From assembly GCA_000165425.1 (NCBI GenBank), contig CT868681.1:186001-250000 (forward strand): a stretch of DNA of 64,000 bases. The letters run 5' to 3'. The position numbers and the translations under genes were made by a program. Below are positions 1 to 12,858 of this stretch, one piece after another. Source of the stretch: Paramecium tetraurelia (lineage: Eukaryota). How positions within the stretch are numbered: position 1 is the first letter of the stretch; each line of letters begins with the position of its first letter. The notes under the pieces are model-generated. The model was given only the letters and a program-made list of their open reading frames with translations. It was not told the origin of the DNA and did no database searches.

Positions 1-2
1 AT

Positions 3-584
3 GTAGCTTTTTATAGCATCTAATTATATGGTTAGGAATAAGCTCCTAAAGCAAAATAAAGTTTTTGGGATAATTTCTTTGTCTAACCATTGTCTAATGG
101 TACACCCGACCACCATACAAACAACAAAGATCAAGAAGAAAGAAGGATATAGGAAATGAATAAAATTGCATAGAAAGAAAAAATGGAACTTGAAAAGGCA
201 GTAGAAAATAGTTTCGTTAGTGCCAAATATGAATAGATAAATTAAAAATAAATCATAGAGTCTATTAAAGACACCAAATAATTTTAGTAAAGATAAGTAT
301 ATCAATTTCAAGAAGATGAACAAATGAGCTAAGAGATTTTGATGGAAAACAATGATTTATAGAAATATTAATATGGAGGGAAGAAACAGCCTTAAGTGAG
401 GAGTGAAAATTTTGGATATACAGATAAGAATAGTGTTCCTGATTTGGGATTTAAGGGGAATGCTAAGGAAAAGTAAGGATAAAATAGTGATGACCAAATA
501 AAAATACATTTTATGACAAAGTATAAAGCAGATGATATTAATCAGGCTTTTATGAGAATGCATTAATTATGTAGAATCATTTGA
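3..584 (+). CDS. 3' end of a hypothetical protein (5'-truncated by window edge)
   Basis: Uninterrupted frame under TAR=Gln from base 3 to TGA at 582-584 (...KIHFMTKYKADDINQAFMRMHQLCRII*); no family recognised. Confidence 0.7.
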
Positions 585-664
585 TAATTTGTAGTGGAGG
601 AAACAGGGGGAGCGAAGAGAGTTCTAAAAAATGTGATGTATAATTGATATTATAAAATAAATAA

Positions 665-1649
665 ATGGCACAAAATCCTGCCATCATCGAAGTGGCTGAG
701 AATCCTGAGGAAATCAAGAAGAAGATCAAAGCCTTGCCATTGAAAGAGAAGTTGAAAGCAGTGGCATTGAATTATTACTTGCAATAGAAAAAGAAGTTGG
801 ATATTGAATTGGAGAAGGAAATGAAAAAGCTTTAAATTCAATTCGATGAGAAGGCAGCAAAAATATACAAAGCAGTAGATATGATGAAATAACAGATAGT
901 CAAATGAAATTATTGAAGGGACACGTTTGCTTACAGAAGAGGAATTGAAGGATGTTGATTTTTATCTGGAAGGAGAGGAAGCCACATAGAAGAATCAGGC
1001 CTTGACAGCTGAGCCAATCAATGGTTATTGGTTTAAGGCATTGAAGAATTCAGATATCATAGCACAAGAAATAAAAGACAGAGACGATCCGATTTTAAAA
1101 TCTCTTACAAAGATCGAATATGAACCTTAAGAGAAGAGTGACAATTTTTCATTAAATTTTTATTTTGCTCCAAACGATTACTTCAAAAACTCAGTGCTCA
1201 AGAAAAAGTTTATATTGAAAGGTGTAAATTATTGATTCATATTTGAAGATGGTGAAAACCCTGTGAAAAGTGAAGGTACTATTATAGAGTGGAACGATGG
1301 CAAGAATGTGACTAGAAAGTTGATAAAGAAGAAACAGTTGGAGAAGAAGAGTGGTATAGTTAAGACGATCTCTCAGGAGGTGGATGCAGAAAGCTTTTTT
1401 ATCTTCTTTAAACCTATCAATTTAGAAGACAAAGAACAAATAGAGAAATGGGTGTAAGAAAATAAATTGGATAAATATGCAGAACGTATGGATATCGATT
1501 ATGATATTGCTCGTATGATTATAGATGAAATTATTCCATATTCATTGGAGTATTATTTGGGAGTCAAAATTAATGATGCCTTTGATGATATTGAGGAAGT
1601 GGATGCTGAATCATCAAAGGGTAGTGATGAAGAGGAAGAAAACAAATGA
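665..1649 (+). CDS. NAP1: Nucleosome assembly protein (NAP1/SET family histone chaperone)
   Basis: MAQNPAIIEV...; motifs INGYWFKALKN, FYFAPNDYFKNSVLKKKF, SEGTIIEWNDGKNVT, ESFFIFF, IIDEIIPYSLEYYLG and acidic tail; two ~25-nt GT-AG introns near 876 and 1223. Confidence 0.93.
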
Positions 1650-1833
1650 GGAAATATTAGATGAATTAATGAATATAAACAGTTAAATTAATTTATTATA
1701 ATTTTTATAATAATTATTATAATATATATTTTAAATAAGATATTGAGGCTGAATTATATTACGTATTAAAATCAATGTTCATATCCTCAGACAAATATCT
1801 TGATATTAATTTATATAAAAAAGAATCAAATTT

Positions 1834-3424
1834 ATGTACGTGAAACCTTTACCCTCTCTAACTCACATTGGTAGATACTATGTCCGCATCATAAAGGACT
1901 TGTCAGTCGTCAAACAAATCCCAGCTGGCTCAACAGTGCTTGTTGGAGGCTTTGGATTATGTGGTATTCCAGAGTGCAGCATCAATGCCTTAAAGGAGGC
2001 AGGCACAAAGAATATCACTGTAGTCAGCAATAATTGTGGCACCACAGATCTTGGATTAGGATTACTTCTAAATAATGGGTAATTGAAGAGAGTGATAGCC
2101 TCATATGCAGGAGAAAATCACAATTTAGCCAAGTAATACAATAATACAATCATTTATAGATAGTACTTTGATGGAACTTTGGAGTTAGAATTAGTCCCTT
2201 AAGGCACCTTGGCTGAAAAATTGAGAGCCGCTGGTGCTGGTATTCCTGCATTTTACACACACACCGGAACAGATACAGTTGTAGAGAAAGGTGGAATTCC
2301 CATCAAATATAGCAAGGGTGGAAACTCAGTTGAAATTGAATCTAAACCAAAACCTGTAATATCTTGTTATTTGACTCTTTTAGGTTGAATATTTCAATGG
2401 CAAGAAGTACATTAGAGAAGATTCTATTTGGGGAGACTATGCCTTGATCAAGGCCAATGTTGCTGATACCAATGGTAATCTTAGATTTGTGGGAACAGCC
2501 AGAAATTTCAACCAAGACATGGTCAAAGCAGCTAAAGTTGTTATTGCAGAAGTCGATTCCATTGTGCCAGTTGGAAGCTTTGGATTTGATCAAGCACACG
2601 TCAATGGAATATACGTTGACTATCTCTATTAAGGCAATAACTATCTGAAGACTGTCGAGAGATTAGTTTACGATTAAAGCGTATATGATAAGAATAAAGG
2701 TATAGGAGTCATATTATTTGTAGATATCAAGCCATAAGGAAAATAGAATGCAATAAGAAATAGAATTGCAAAGAGAGCAGCCTAAGAATTCAAAAATGGC
2801 ATGTATGTTAATTTGGGCATCGGAATCCCAACTCTCATACCAGCATTTCTTGATTCAAGCATGACAATTCATTTCCATACAGAAATTGGTGCAATTGGAG
2901 TTGGTCCATATCCAAAATTAGGCCAAGAATTAGGTGATCTTTAAAATGCAGGAAAAGAGTCATGCACTTTGAATCCTGGTGCTACCACTTTTGAAAGCAG
3001 TGAATCATTTGGCATCATCAGAGGAGGACATTTAGATATGACTGTGTTGGGAGCGATGTAAATTACAAAACAAGGAGATATTGCTAATTGGGTTATACCA
3101 GGAAAGATGGTTAAAGGAATGGGAGGAGCAATGGATTTAGTGGCTTCTGGATCTAAAGTGTTAGTTGTTATGGAACATACTGCCAAAGGAGAAGTTAAAT
3201 TTGTTAATCAATTATAATACCCAGCAACAGGAATGAACAAAGTCAGCCAAGTTATCACAGGTATTTAATATAATTATTTATTTATAGACAAGGCTGTGTT
3301 TGTTAAGAGAGATGGCCAATTGGTCTTGACTGAAATCTCTAGTGATACTACACTTGAATGGGTTAGAGCCAATACTGGATTTGAATTGACAGTCGCTGAC
3401 GATCTAAAAACCTTCTAAGTTTGA
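1834..3424 (+). CDS. Succinyl-CoA:3-ketoacid CoA transferase (fused alpha/beta, OXCT-like)
   Basis: [87 protein letters not shown]; four tiny introns; TGA at 3422-3424. Confidence 0.95.
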
Positions 3425-3447
3425 TACAATATAATAATATATTAATT

Positions 3448-4438
3448 ATGGTAAAATAATAAAAAAAATCCAGTTTCACTGTTATTCCACCTCAACCAGA
3501 TTTCCAAGAATAGGAAATTGAACTTTTATAAGAGGATCTCAATGATGATTTAATTAAAACATTATCCAAAGCAAATACAAATTCAATTGCCACAATTGTA
3601 TAAAAATCTTGTTTACAATTTAGAGAGAAAAAGAGAAAAAGGTCGTGGAATTCAAATCCAGAGTTCTCGAATTAGTTGAGATTTTTGTTTCAAACACAAA
3701 GAACCCTACAATATTCATTGAGAGAATTTACCCATTCATCAAAATGATTAGCGATTTTAAGAACCCTTAAAAAGTATAGTATATCAATAGAGTTTGCAAA
3801 TTAATACACTAAATCATACAAAAGGGAGATTTGGGAGAGCACATTGATAATATGAAATAGTGTTGTGAAACATTAATTACTTATTTGCATAAATGCTAAG
3901 ACAAATCAATTAATAAGAGATTCTTTGAATTACTTGATCTCATTCTCAAATAGATAAGTTAACATGATAAGAAGGCTGTTGTGGATATAATTGTCAAAGG
4001 TCTAGTGTTAATGAGGAAGAACAGCAACATTTAAATGCAAAACATCAGAAAACTCATATTCAATTATTAATTTGCACTAGTTCCAGTCTTACTTAAGTTA
4101 TGCCAACTGAGTGAAATTAATGAAAACTATGAAAGAAGCAAATATAATGTATATCACACAAGCATATCTTTTAGTTTAGTCATCTATTATTCACACTTAT
4201 TCAGAATGAGCAAATAAAGAAGAAGATAGTTTCCAAGGAAAAAGTCAAACAAGCAATTGCCAAATTAGCATAACACACTCTAGAGAACTATGCTTCATAG
4301 AACTATAAAAGAGTAGCAATTTTTAGATAAATTCTATTGTCGTACAAAGCATTAGAATTGAATGAACTCTAAGAACAGATTTAGACATTCTAATCAGAAG
4401 ATTAAAATGTCTAACACATCATTAATAAATTATAATGA
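3448..4438 (+). CDS. ~310-aa helical protein resembling the C-terminal part of Pol5/MYBBP1A
   Basis: Open frame with two 26-nt introns (near 3598 and 4149); EFKSRVLELVEIFV resembles the F(K/Q)xRVLDL(V/L)E motif of Pol5/MYBBP1A. The CDS is solid, the family call is tentative. Confidence 0.6.
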
Positions 4439-4459
4439 GTATATTATTCTATCAAATCA

Positions 4460-7400
4460 TCATTTTCTTCTCATATAATGGTACCAATTATCGACTTATC
4501 TCCAAGTATCATTAAGAGAGTTTACAATTTCTTGCTTAAATTTTGCTGTTGCCTCCTAGTCAGATAAGTTCAAAGCCAATTAATCTTCTATGTATTTTAC
4601 GTTGGAAGCCTATTATAATTCAGGCATGCCAGCCGATAGATTCATTAAGAATATATTAATAATAAAATGACCATGTTTTCTGACCAGATTATAAGCATTA
4701 GTACAATCTTACTAAAACTTTTTAAAGAGATCTCCATCTCTACCTCCAATAACAAATGCCATCTAATTTATTTATGTTTAAATAATAATACTTCTTCAGT
4801 TAATACAAATTTAGATCTCTCTCTTTTAATACCAAACTTCTATTTGAAATTTCCAAAAAAATGAGCAAAATCTATATGAAATAGATGACCAGTTTCAGTA
4901 ATCATAATATTACCAGAGTGTCTGTCTCCTATTCCAAGAATATAGGTTGCAACACAATAGCCTGCACAGGATCTTAGAAAATTATCAGTGGCAGTCTCAA
5001 ATGATTTAGTGTCAAAATTTTTCTTTTTCAAATAATTCCATATAGTTTTTAGTTCAAATGCCCCCATTAAACCCAATTAGCTATGAATTTTCTCAATAGT
5101 TTCCGAACTACTAACAACTTAAATCATACCCACATTGTCCTAAGTTGATATAGCCTTATATGGTTTCATTCTAAAATCTAAGCCATCGTCCAACCAGATC
5201 TTATCCATAATCTTAATTAATTATAGTGTCAACATATCCTATCTGATATCGTCACCAGTTTTAAAAATGATTTTAAGCAGATGCTGTTTACATATCTCTT
5301 CTTTCTCAATTTCGTAGTATTTTTATTCCAATTTATCCTATTGCTATTTGTTGTTGCTATACAAATTTTCATCTTGAGGTCTGACTACTGAGAAATTTCT
5401 AAAGGGGTTTTCTTCTTGCTATTAAATATCGATTGGTAGTTAGAGTTATAATTCATCATCATTTTCAAGAAATTTTGGCATCACTGCTAGCCATAGAGAC
5501 ATTTTCTTAGAATCCATAACCTTGCACTTATCATAATAGATTGATGAAACCTCCATTCTTGAATCTAGAGCAAAGGAGAAGGGTTTTGGCAATTTTGGAT
5601 AGAGTTGCAATAATTCAGTCTTCAAGAAATGCTAGCGTAAATCTTTGGGCACATTCTATTCCTTGATCTTCTACGCAATTTTAAATAACTCATTATCTAC
5701 AAGAACTTCATTCATTAATTGTTACCTAAATTCTCCACAAAGCATTAATAACTGTTCTAACAATAAAGAATATCTTTCGTAAGATGATCGTACATGCAAT
5801 TAAGCTTTGAGCAACCAGAATAATTCATGTCCTACAACCCAAGGATTTTGCAGACTCCTCTCTAACAGCATCTCGGCCAATGGATTGAATAGATGTTTCT
5901 CAAACATCAAGCATTAGGTCAATTCCAACATGTATAATTGTAATTCATCATCAGATAATATACTCACTCTCTCAACCGCATAGAGTCGAACTGTTTCATC
6001 TGCAAAATGTGCGTCCAATAAAGGCAAAGCATCTTCAGGTGGCAAGGGTGTCCATAATTTAATCATGTTATGGGCCTCTCTGACTTGTTCAGGATCATCC
6101 CATTCAATGGCCATTAGAAAGATTTGTAATGCATAGGGCAGTGTTTTGTAATGGTTCCTACAGATCATTAGAATGTATTTATGCTAATCAGTATAATAAG
6201 GCCTATTTAATGGATTGTATTTAAGTAATCCTTACAAGATGGCAAGATCTTCAGTCCTTGGAGTAGTTGACCAATTTTTTTAAGGAAATACTTAGTTATA
6301 ATTTTCTTGAGTGCTCTAATTCTGCTATATACTTTATTTTGAGAATCGATGATTTAATTTAAAGGTGCTCACTTACGTACTAGATTAATCATGTACATTA
6401 AAGCTGCTACCCTGATTCATATGCATCATAGATTATGCAAAATTAGTCTATCGATCTTGCATTTCTCCAAAACGAAGGGTCGTCCCTTAATCTTAAGTGG
6501 AGTATCCTACTTGCATGTATTATTCATATGGATTTGCTTGTTATCTATGATGTATATTATATAAAGATGCCATTTATGTTCTTTATTTTTTTAGGAATAT
6601 TTGCGAATTGCTAAAACTATTAGATTATGAGTTTGTATTAAATTATTGATAGGCCGAATTTTTATTAGTATTTTAGTATGTAGAGATAAATTGATCCTAG
6701 TTCAAGGCTGACGATTGGGATTGTTGATAGTTTGAATAATCTGAATTAGGAATAAATTTGTTTCTCATTTCTTAATATCTTTGTGATCTAGCTGATTTCG
6801 AGAAACCTAATTCTTCCATTTGTTTTTCATCTCTAAGACTCCATTTCATAGTTTAATTGAATTAATCCAGTTACACTAACAATCTGCCATAAGATCTATT
6901 AATAAGTTGAGAAGAGATAAAATGTTGATTCTTATTACTATGAAGAGGAATGCCTATTTATTGATTCTACTACTTAACCCATCCCCAATATTAGCCCATG
7001 CAGAGTAATCTAGGATCAATTTTATAGAATGGCCAGATGTTCAATTGATTTACTGATGATCTGAACTTTGTTTCCTCATAGAAGATGTACATGGTTGTAC
7101 ATCCAATAATTTACTACTATCCAGTAGCACTGTGGGCAATGATGTTGAAACACAATCTAGCTTCTAATGGCAATTGAGATATTTTGATGCCTTAGAATGT
7201 GACGGTCTAATAAAATTTAGGACATTAACTGAATGGTTAATTTTTAGTTTCAGCTTGACACCAAGGAGTGAGCAATTTGCATCCATGAAATAAACTGACT
7301 TATACTGAGATAAGATAAGGTAAAAAGTCTAAATCGTATCTCTCTTATAAGGTGGCTAATTCATCAAGGTTATCCTAACCTCCAAATGGGATGTACCTCT

Positions 7401-8791
7401 TGATGTCAATATTTTTATTTTCCAAGACTCGTCCAGTTCTCTTGTGCAGTTTGAGGTGCACTTATTATCTCTTATTAATGTCAGATTCATCATTTTTCTT
7501 ATTGCCTTATTTATGTTGTTCTTCCTCTACTTTGGTTCCAGCATACTTTTTGGTTATATACAGCGGAGGTATTAAGCCATTATAAGTAGCTCTCTGTAGT
7601 TGATTTTCATACTTGTTGTCTTACTCCAAAGTTTACAACAAGTTCTCTATGGAGCAAATCTTAACACTGAAAGGCCAATCGCATTCACCAGAATACAGTA
7701 GGTTCTACTCAATTTTCAACATGTTTAATTTCTGCAATTCATTTTTCATCGAAATCAGATCATAGATCTATCCAGAGCTTTTCTGCTTCTAGACATTAGT
7801 ATTCGTATTCTCTTTGGATGGAGCACGGGTCGGATTTTCATCAAAGGACATCCTCTTAATTGTGTCCTCATGATTAATGAAGACATCTTGACTATTCTAC
7901 ACTTTGATCTTATCGAATTTGATCTATGGGGAAGGTCCACACCCAAGAGACAACTGAGTATTGGGTATTTCCGATTCATACTTTTTGAGTGGGATCGGAG
8001 AGTACCACAACAAGGCTGGAACATCTCGAAATTTAATCCAGTCAATCTAGGGATGGGGTTCTCCTCCTTTGATTCTGTAGATGATTGGAGGGAACAGAAA
8101 GGTCTGATTAAACTACTTGGGAATCTCAGTCAAGATCACTTCCAAATGTTTCATTCCTCTCAACTAGACTCTCACTCTATCATAGGAGAGCATAGGATGA
8201 TTGCCTGTCAAGAATTCTTTGAAACCGGAGATCTGTAGGATGAACTAATTGTTGTCGTCTTTTGGTCTCAACTTCACGTTGAATCTCTAATAGACTTCTC
8301 TTAGAACACTCTTGATCACTTCATCAGCTCCAGTGACTAAACTTGCCGAGATCTCTACTATATTAGGTTTTTCCATCAATTAGACTTCATCTGGCATACT
8401 TTAGAATAATTCTCTGTATTGATTCAATTTAACTTTGAGCTTGATTGAGTTTACTTTGACAAATGCCTGACTAAGAGTTGATTGACACAAATATGTTGGA
8501 ATCGAGGAAGATTATTTATGCAGCAAGTAAGAGGGTATCTTTCTTCTACGATATTGATCGATCTGCTTTGAAGCCATGAGCCAAGTACCTGCCAATCTAG
8601 AATTCAGACATCATACCTGTCTTCAATTTGAGTATCGATTCAATTTGTTGGATTGCTTACAATGCCTTCTATCGATAATCTTGATCTACATCCTGCTCCA
8701 CTCTCACTTCATTGGTGTTGATGTTCAGGGTGTAGATCTAACAACTATCAGGATCGGCACATATCAACCACTTCTCTTCCACCTGCTGCAT
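4460..8791 (-). CDS. Class I-type phosphoinositide 3-kinase catalytic subunit (RBD-C2-helical-kinase)
   Basis: RBD-like [27 protein letters not shown]2 region ([16 protein letters not shown]); helical domain ([24 protein letters not shown]); kinase motifs [46 protein letters not shown]; one 28-nt intron near 8590-8617. Confidence 0.95.
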
Positions 8792-8894
8792 TTATATATA
8801 TTTAAATAATTCAGAATCGTTGTTTCTCACAGATCATGTTTGTTATCCTATTAATAGATACCTTATAATAATATATAAACAAAATGAATTAATT

Positions 8895-10785
8895 TCATTA
8901 TTTAAATTTAAGTAGTTTCTAAAGATCGTACTCAGTGTTGAATCTCTTACTGGATGAAGAATTGCGGAAAGATTGAGTGGAACCACATTATGAAATCTGG
9001 GAATTCTTTACTGACTAAAATCTTGGACCTACCGCACTCAATTGTGGAGCTACTCTAATCCTACACAAATCATTACCATTCAAAGACAGAGTAGTGATCT
9101 TGTTCCTTATGATACTAGTTCGAATCGAAGACCTCAAACTAGCATACTTGATCTTCTCAACGAATTGCTCCCTCTTAGATTTTGGCTAATCTGAAACAAA
9201 ATCGAAATTTTGAAATTCTTTATCGAATTTGGTCTTTTACTCCCTATACAAATTGTCTTGCAGCTTTTACTGAAATTCCCTATCGCCCTTACTGAATTCA
9301 GCCACATTATAATTCGTTTGAAGTGGCTAAGGTTTATATTGAATATTGAGCTATTTTTTGTAGAGTGCAGTGTAATTGAAATTGCTGAGCCATTTATGAT
9401 TGAGCACATCCTCAATTCCATTCATTCTCCCCAGTCTCTCATTCTAATCCTTGGTCAACAAATTAAGCAAGAGGTTTTTGAGTTGATCACTAATTTTTAT
9501 ATGCTCAGGGAACTCCAACTTATCGTATTGAATGGAATTCAGGATGTTTTGCAATTACTAATCGTAATATGGGGGATATCCATATATGAACTCATACAAT
9601 ACAGCCCCTAAACTATAACAGTCTAACAATTGGTTATGTCCTCTTTTGGATACCATCTCTGGTGACATGTATTCAGGAGAGCCACAAAAGGAGTAGGTTT
9701 GCTTGTCTCTGGAAATGTTGGGTTTAGAGAGACCGAAGTCAGACAATTTAATATAGCCATCTATATCCAGTAAGATATTTTCTGGCTTCAAATCCCTATA
9801 GATCACATTCTATTCATGGAGATAGTGGATTGCTAGACATAATTGTCCAAAGTATTGTTTTGCAACTTCTTCGCTCAAAGTCCCCATTTTCCTAAGATGA
9901 AAGAACAATTCACCTCCATGACAGTAACTAAAACATCACAAACACTGTATATACTCCATCACAAAAACCAAATAGTATTTAGTTTCAAATGAACAATGCA
10001 ACCTAGTCAGGAATTGACTATCCAGATTACTCATTATCCACTTCTCATTATTTATCATACTCTCCTTATTGTTCTTTATTATGAAAGATTTGTCGATAAT
10101 TTTCATTGCAAAGAATTGTCCATTCCTTTTCTGCCTTACCAAATACACTCTCGAAAAGCCTCTACAAAATTCTAACTCTTTACCCTACGCCAATACATTT
10201 TATCAATGTGAAATCATCAAAAGAATTGCTTTTACTTTCGCCATAGTAGATTGGAATCAATTTCAGAGTCCTCCCCTTGCTGAACACCGACAATGGCTTA
10301 TCATCCAACGACAAATAGTAATCCACATTGTAGTTTTGGGTGTAGCTTTAAAAATATGCTATCTTTTCATAATTCTATGGATCCTGCACACTCATCTTCG
10401 TTATCAATTTCTAATACAAGTCCGTCGTGGTTTGATCGAGACCAATCGGAACGATGTACCTATGTTACATCAATGTATACTGTTTATCCTACGTTATCAG
10501 TGTAATTATAAGTTCATAATTGTCCCTATCACTATTTAGGGTTCTGATGTGGGAAACCCCTTTCAGTTTCACTGCAGCTGATACAACTAAGGCAAAATAA
10601 GACTCTGATTGCATACTTTTCTGAACATCCAATAATTTTGGAGATTTAAGTCTGCCTAATCTCGGAGGTGATAATTGCTGCCTCGGACTCAGACTTGGGT
10701 TTTGCGACTCTGCTTTCTTCTTTTTTTTCAATAGTTCCAATAATTTATTACTTTGCACCATTTGACAACTTTGAGTTCTACTCAT
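8895..10785 (-). CDS. AGC-group Ser/Thr protein kinase
   Basis: [54 protein letters not shown]-terminal extension with no recognisable PH domain. Confidence 0.93.
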
Positions 10786-11158
10786 TAATTTGTAAATATA
10801 AAAAATGTAATGTATATTATTAATGTATTTTTTGACCAGATTTTTACAAATTGTAATTTTTTACATAAGTTTTGATATATTAATTAACAAACCAAAGATT
10901 CGACTCTCTTTCAATATATTCATACAACCAACAATTCTTATATTTTGCTATTCTCAATTTCAAGTGAGTATAAGTATAAGGTAACACCTCACAATATATA
11001 AATATTAAACTCTATTTTGAATAATAGAATTTACACTTTGAAACTTTTATTGTTGAATCTTATTCTTAATAAGGGGTTTGTTGAAAACTTAATTAGGTCA
11101 TCGTTTAATTAGTTGATTAATAAATTTATCAAAATATAATTTAAATTCAAATTAGAAT

Positions 11159-12827
11159 ATGGATCAATCACCAGATCACCCCTAAAACTAAGTCTTGTAA
11201 CGAAGTGAAACGCAAGCTATTCCAAAAAATACTACTGGCAGAATAGTGTATTAAACATATTTTTGTTTATTGGGTACCACTCTTCTAATTTTATCAATTA
11301 TATCTTATTATTTCTATAGTGATGCTTTTGATAATTATAAGTATATCATTGAGAATTGGCAGTAATAACCAATAGAATCCATACGATTGACTTTTGATAA
11401 TTGCAATAATGATGTAAGAATGAACATAATGACATAGGAAATAAATTTGATCAATTACAAATGGCCTGGAACTGTGGATGGATGCGATTGTCGTTATGGT
11501 TTTAGATTATTGGCTGTTAAAACTAATAATCATCACACATGGATTCCAAGAAATAAGATATACAACAATCATGCTTGTAACATAACACAAAGAGCATGGG
11601 GATGTGTTTCGATATATGCTAAAAACCCTATTGATTTTAATAGATTCCCATCAAAAACACAAAAAGAAGGATTCAAACTGTGTGCTGTACTTGAGAAAGA
11701 CAATAGCTTCTACTCTCGTCATCCTGATTAAGATGAATGTCCAAAAGGATAAATAAAATGCGGAACCCAGCTGGATTACTTTTATTGTACTAGTCAACCC
11801 CAATGTCCGATATTTGAGATTGGTTTCAAAGATGTTACTGCAGTTTCAGATGCATAAGAATAGACAGAAAAGGGATTTACACTTTTATATAATAGAAAGA
11901 GTGAGTATAAACTACCATTGGTGGAGGTGAGAGTGTCAGAAGGATAAGGGATTTGCATGAAGAATCACGAGAGAGGGTTGACTTCTGGGAGAACAGAGTA
12001 TTCTTTAATGAGGGAGAACAAAACTGAATGCGATATTGATAAAAGATTTATTAAATTACAATCCTCAAATGAAGTTGAATTTTATGAATCCAACAATCAA
12101 TTAAAATTGCAAGATCAACTGAGAGGATATGAGATTTCAACATAATATCAATGGGGTAATTGAGATTGTTAATTCAGGTCTTTATGCTCGAGGATATATT
12201 GAGTGGAAGATGTCGTGTAGAGGAGAAATCTTCGATAATTTTATTGATCAGGAACAAATACTAGAAGAGATATTACATCATTAGAAATATCTGATGATAA
12301 TATCTATAATCTACTTCATCGTAATCTCAGTAGTGTGGAGTATTATACAAGCCCACACGTTATAAGGAGGAGATTGGCCTTGTATCAAAGGACGTGGCAC
12401 TGAAGAATCCAATACCATTTTTTATTTGGAAATACTGACTAAAATCTTACTATAGAGTTTATAGGCTTTCATCATAATTTCCAGTTTTAGTAAAACCAAG
12501 GTAGAAAGTGACTTCTTAGAAAGTGTAATCCTGCGGAATTGTTCCGATAGTTATGTTTAATTATAATTAGAGTACCTAAGGGATATGTTGACTGAGAATA
12601 TTTATGATTTTAACAAGGGATGCTTGATCCTATTTTGTATTACCACAGTCTTTGACTTTTGTGTGGCATTGTATTTGGTGATTTCATTCATAAGAGACAG
12701 GAAGTAAAAGGAAAGTAGTTTCGAACATAGAGATGAAATTAAATAGGGTTACGAATTAAGTTAAATGTAAGGGATGACAAATCAAAATTAATAACAATTC
12801 AATTATTAATCTCCATACAACAATTGA
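11159..12827 (+). CDS. Cys-rich 4-TM membrane protein (family member 1)
   Basis: N-terminal TM, large Cys-rich loop (YKWPGTVDGCDCR, IKCGT, LPLVEVRVSEGQGIC, QWGLYARGYIEW), three C-terminal hydrophobic segments; two tiny introns at the same positions as in the paralogs at 22.5-26.4 kb. Confidence 0.85.
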
Positions 12828-12858
12828 TTGATTTATAATAATAATAATATTTATACAA

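Noticed and set aside
4460..10785. PI3K next to an AGC kinase as a PI3K-Akt gene cluster
   Set aside because: The kinase lacks a recognisable PH domain and kinases are very abundant in Paramecium, so adjacency is plausibly chance.
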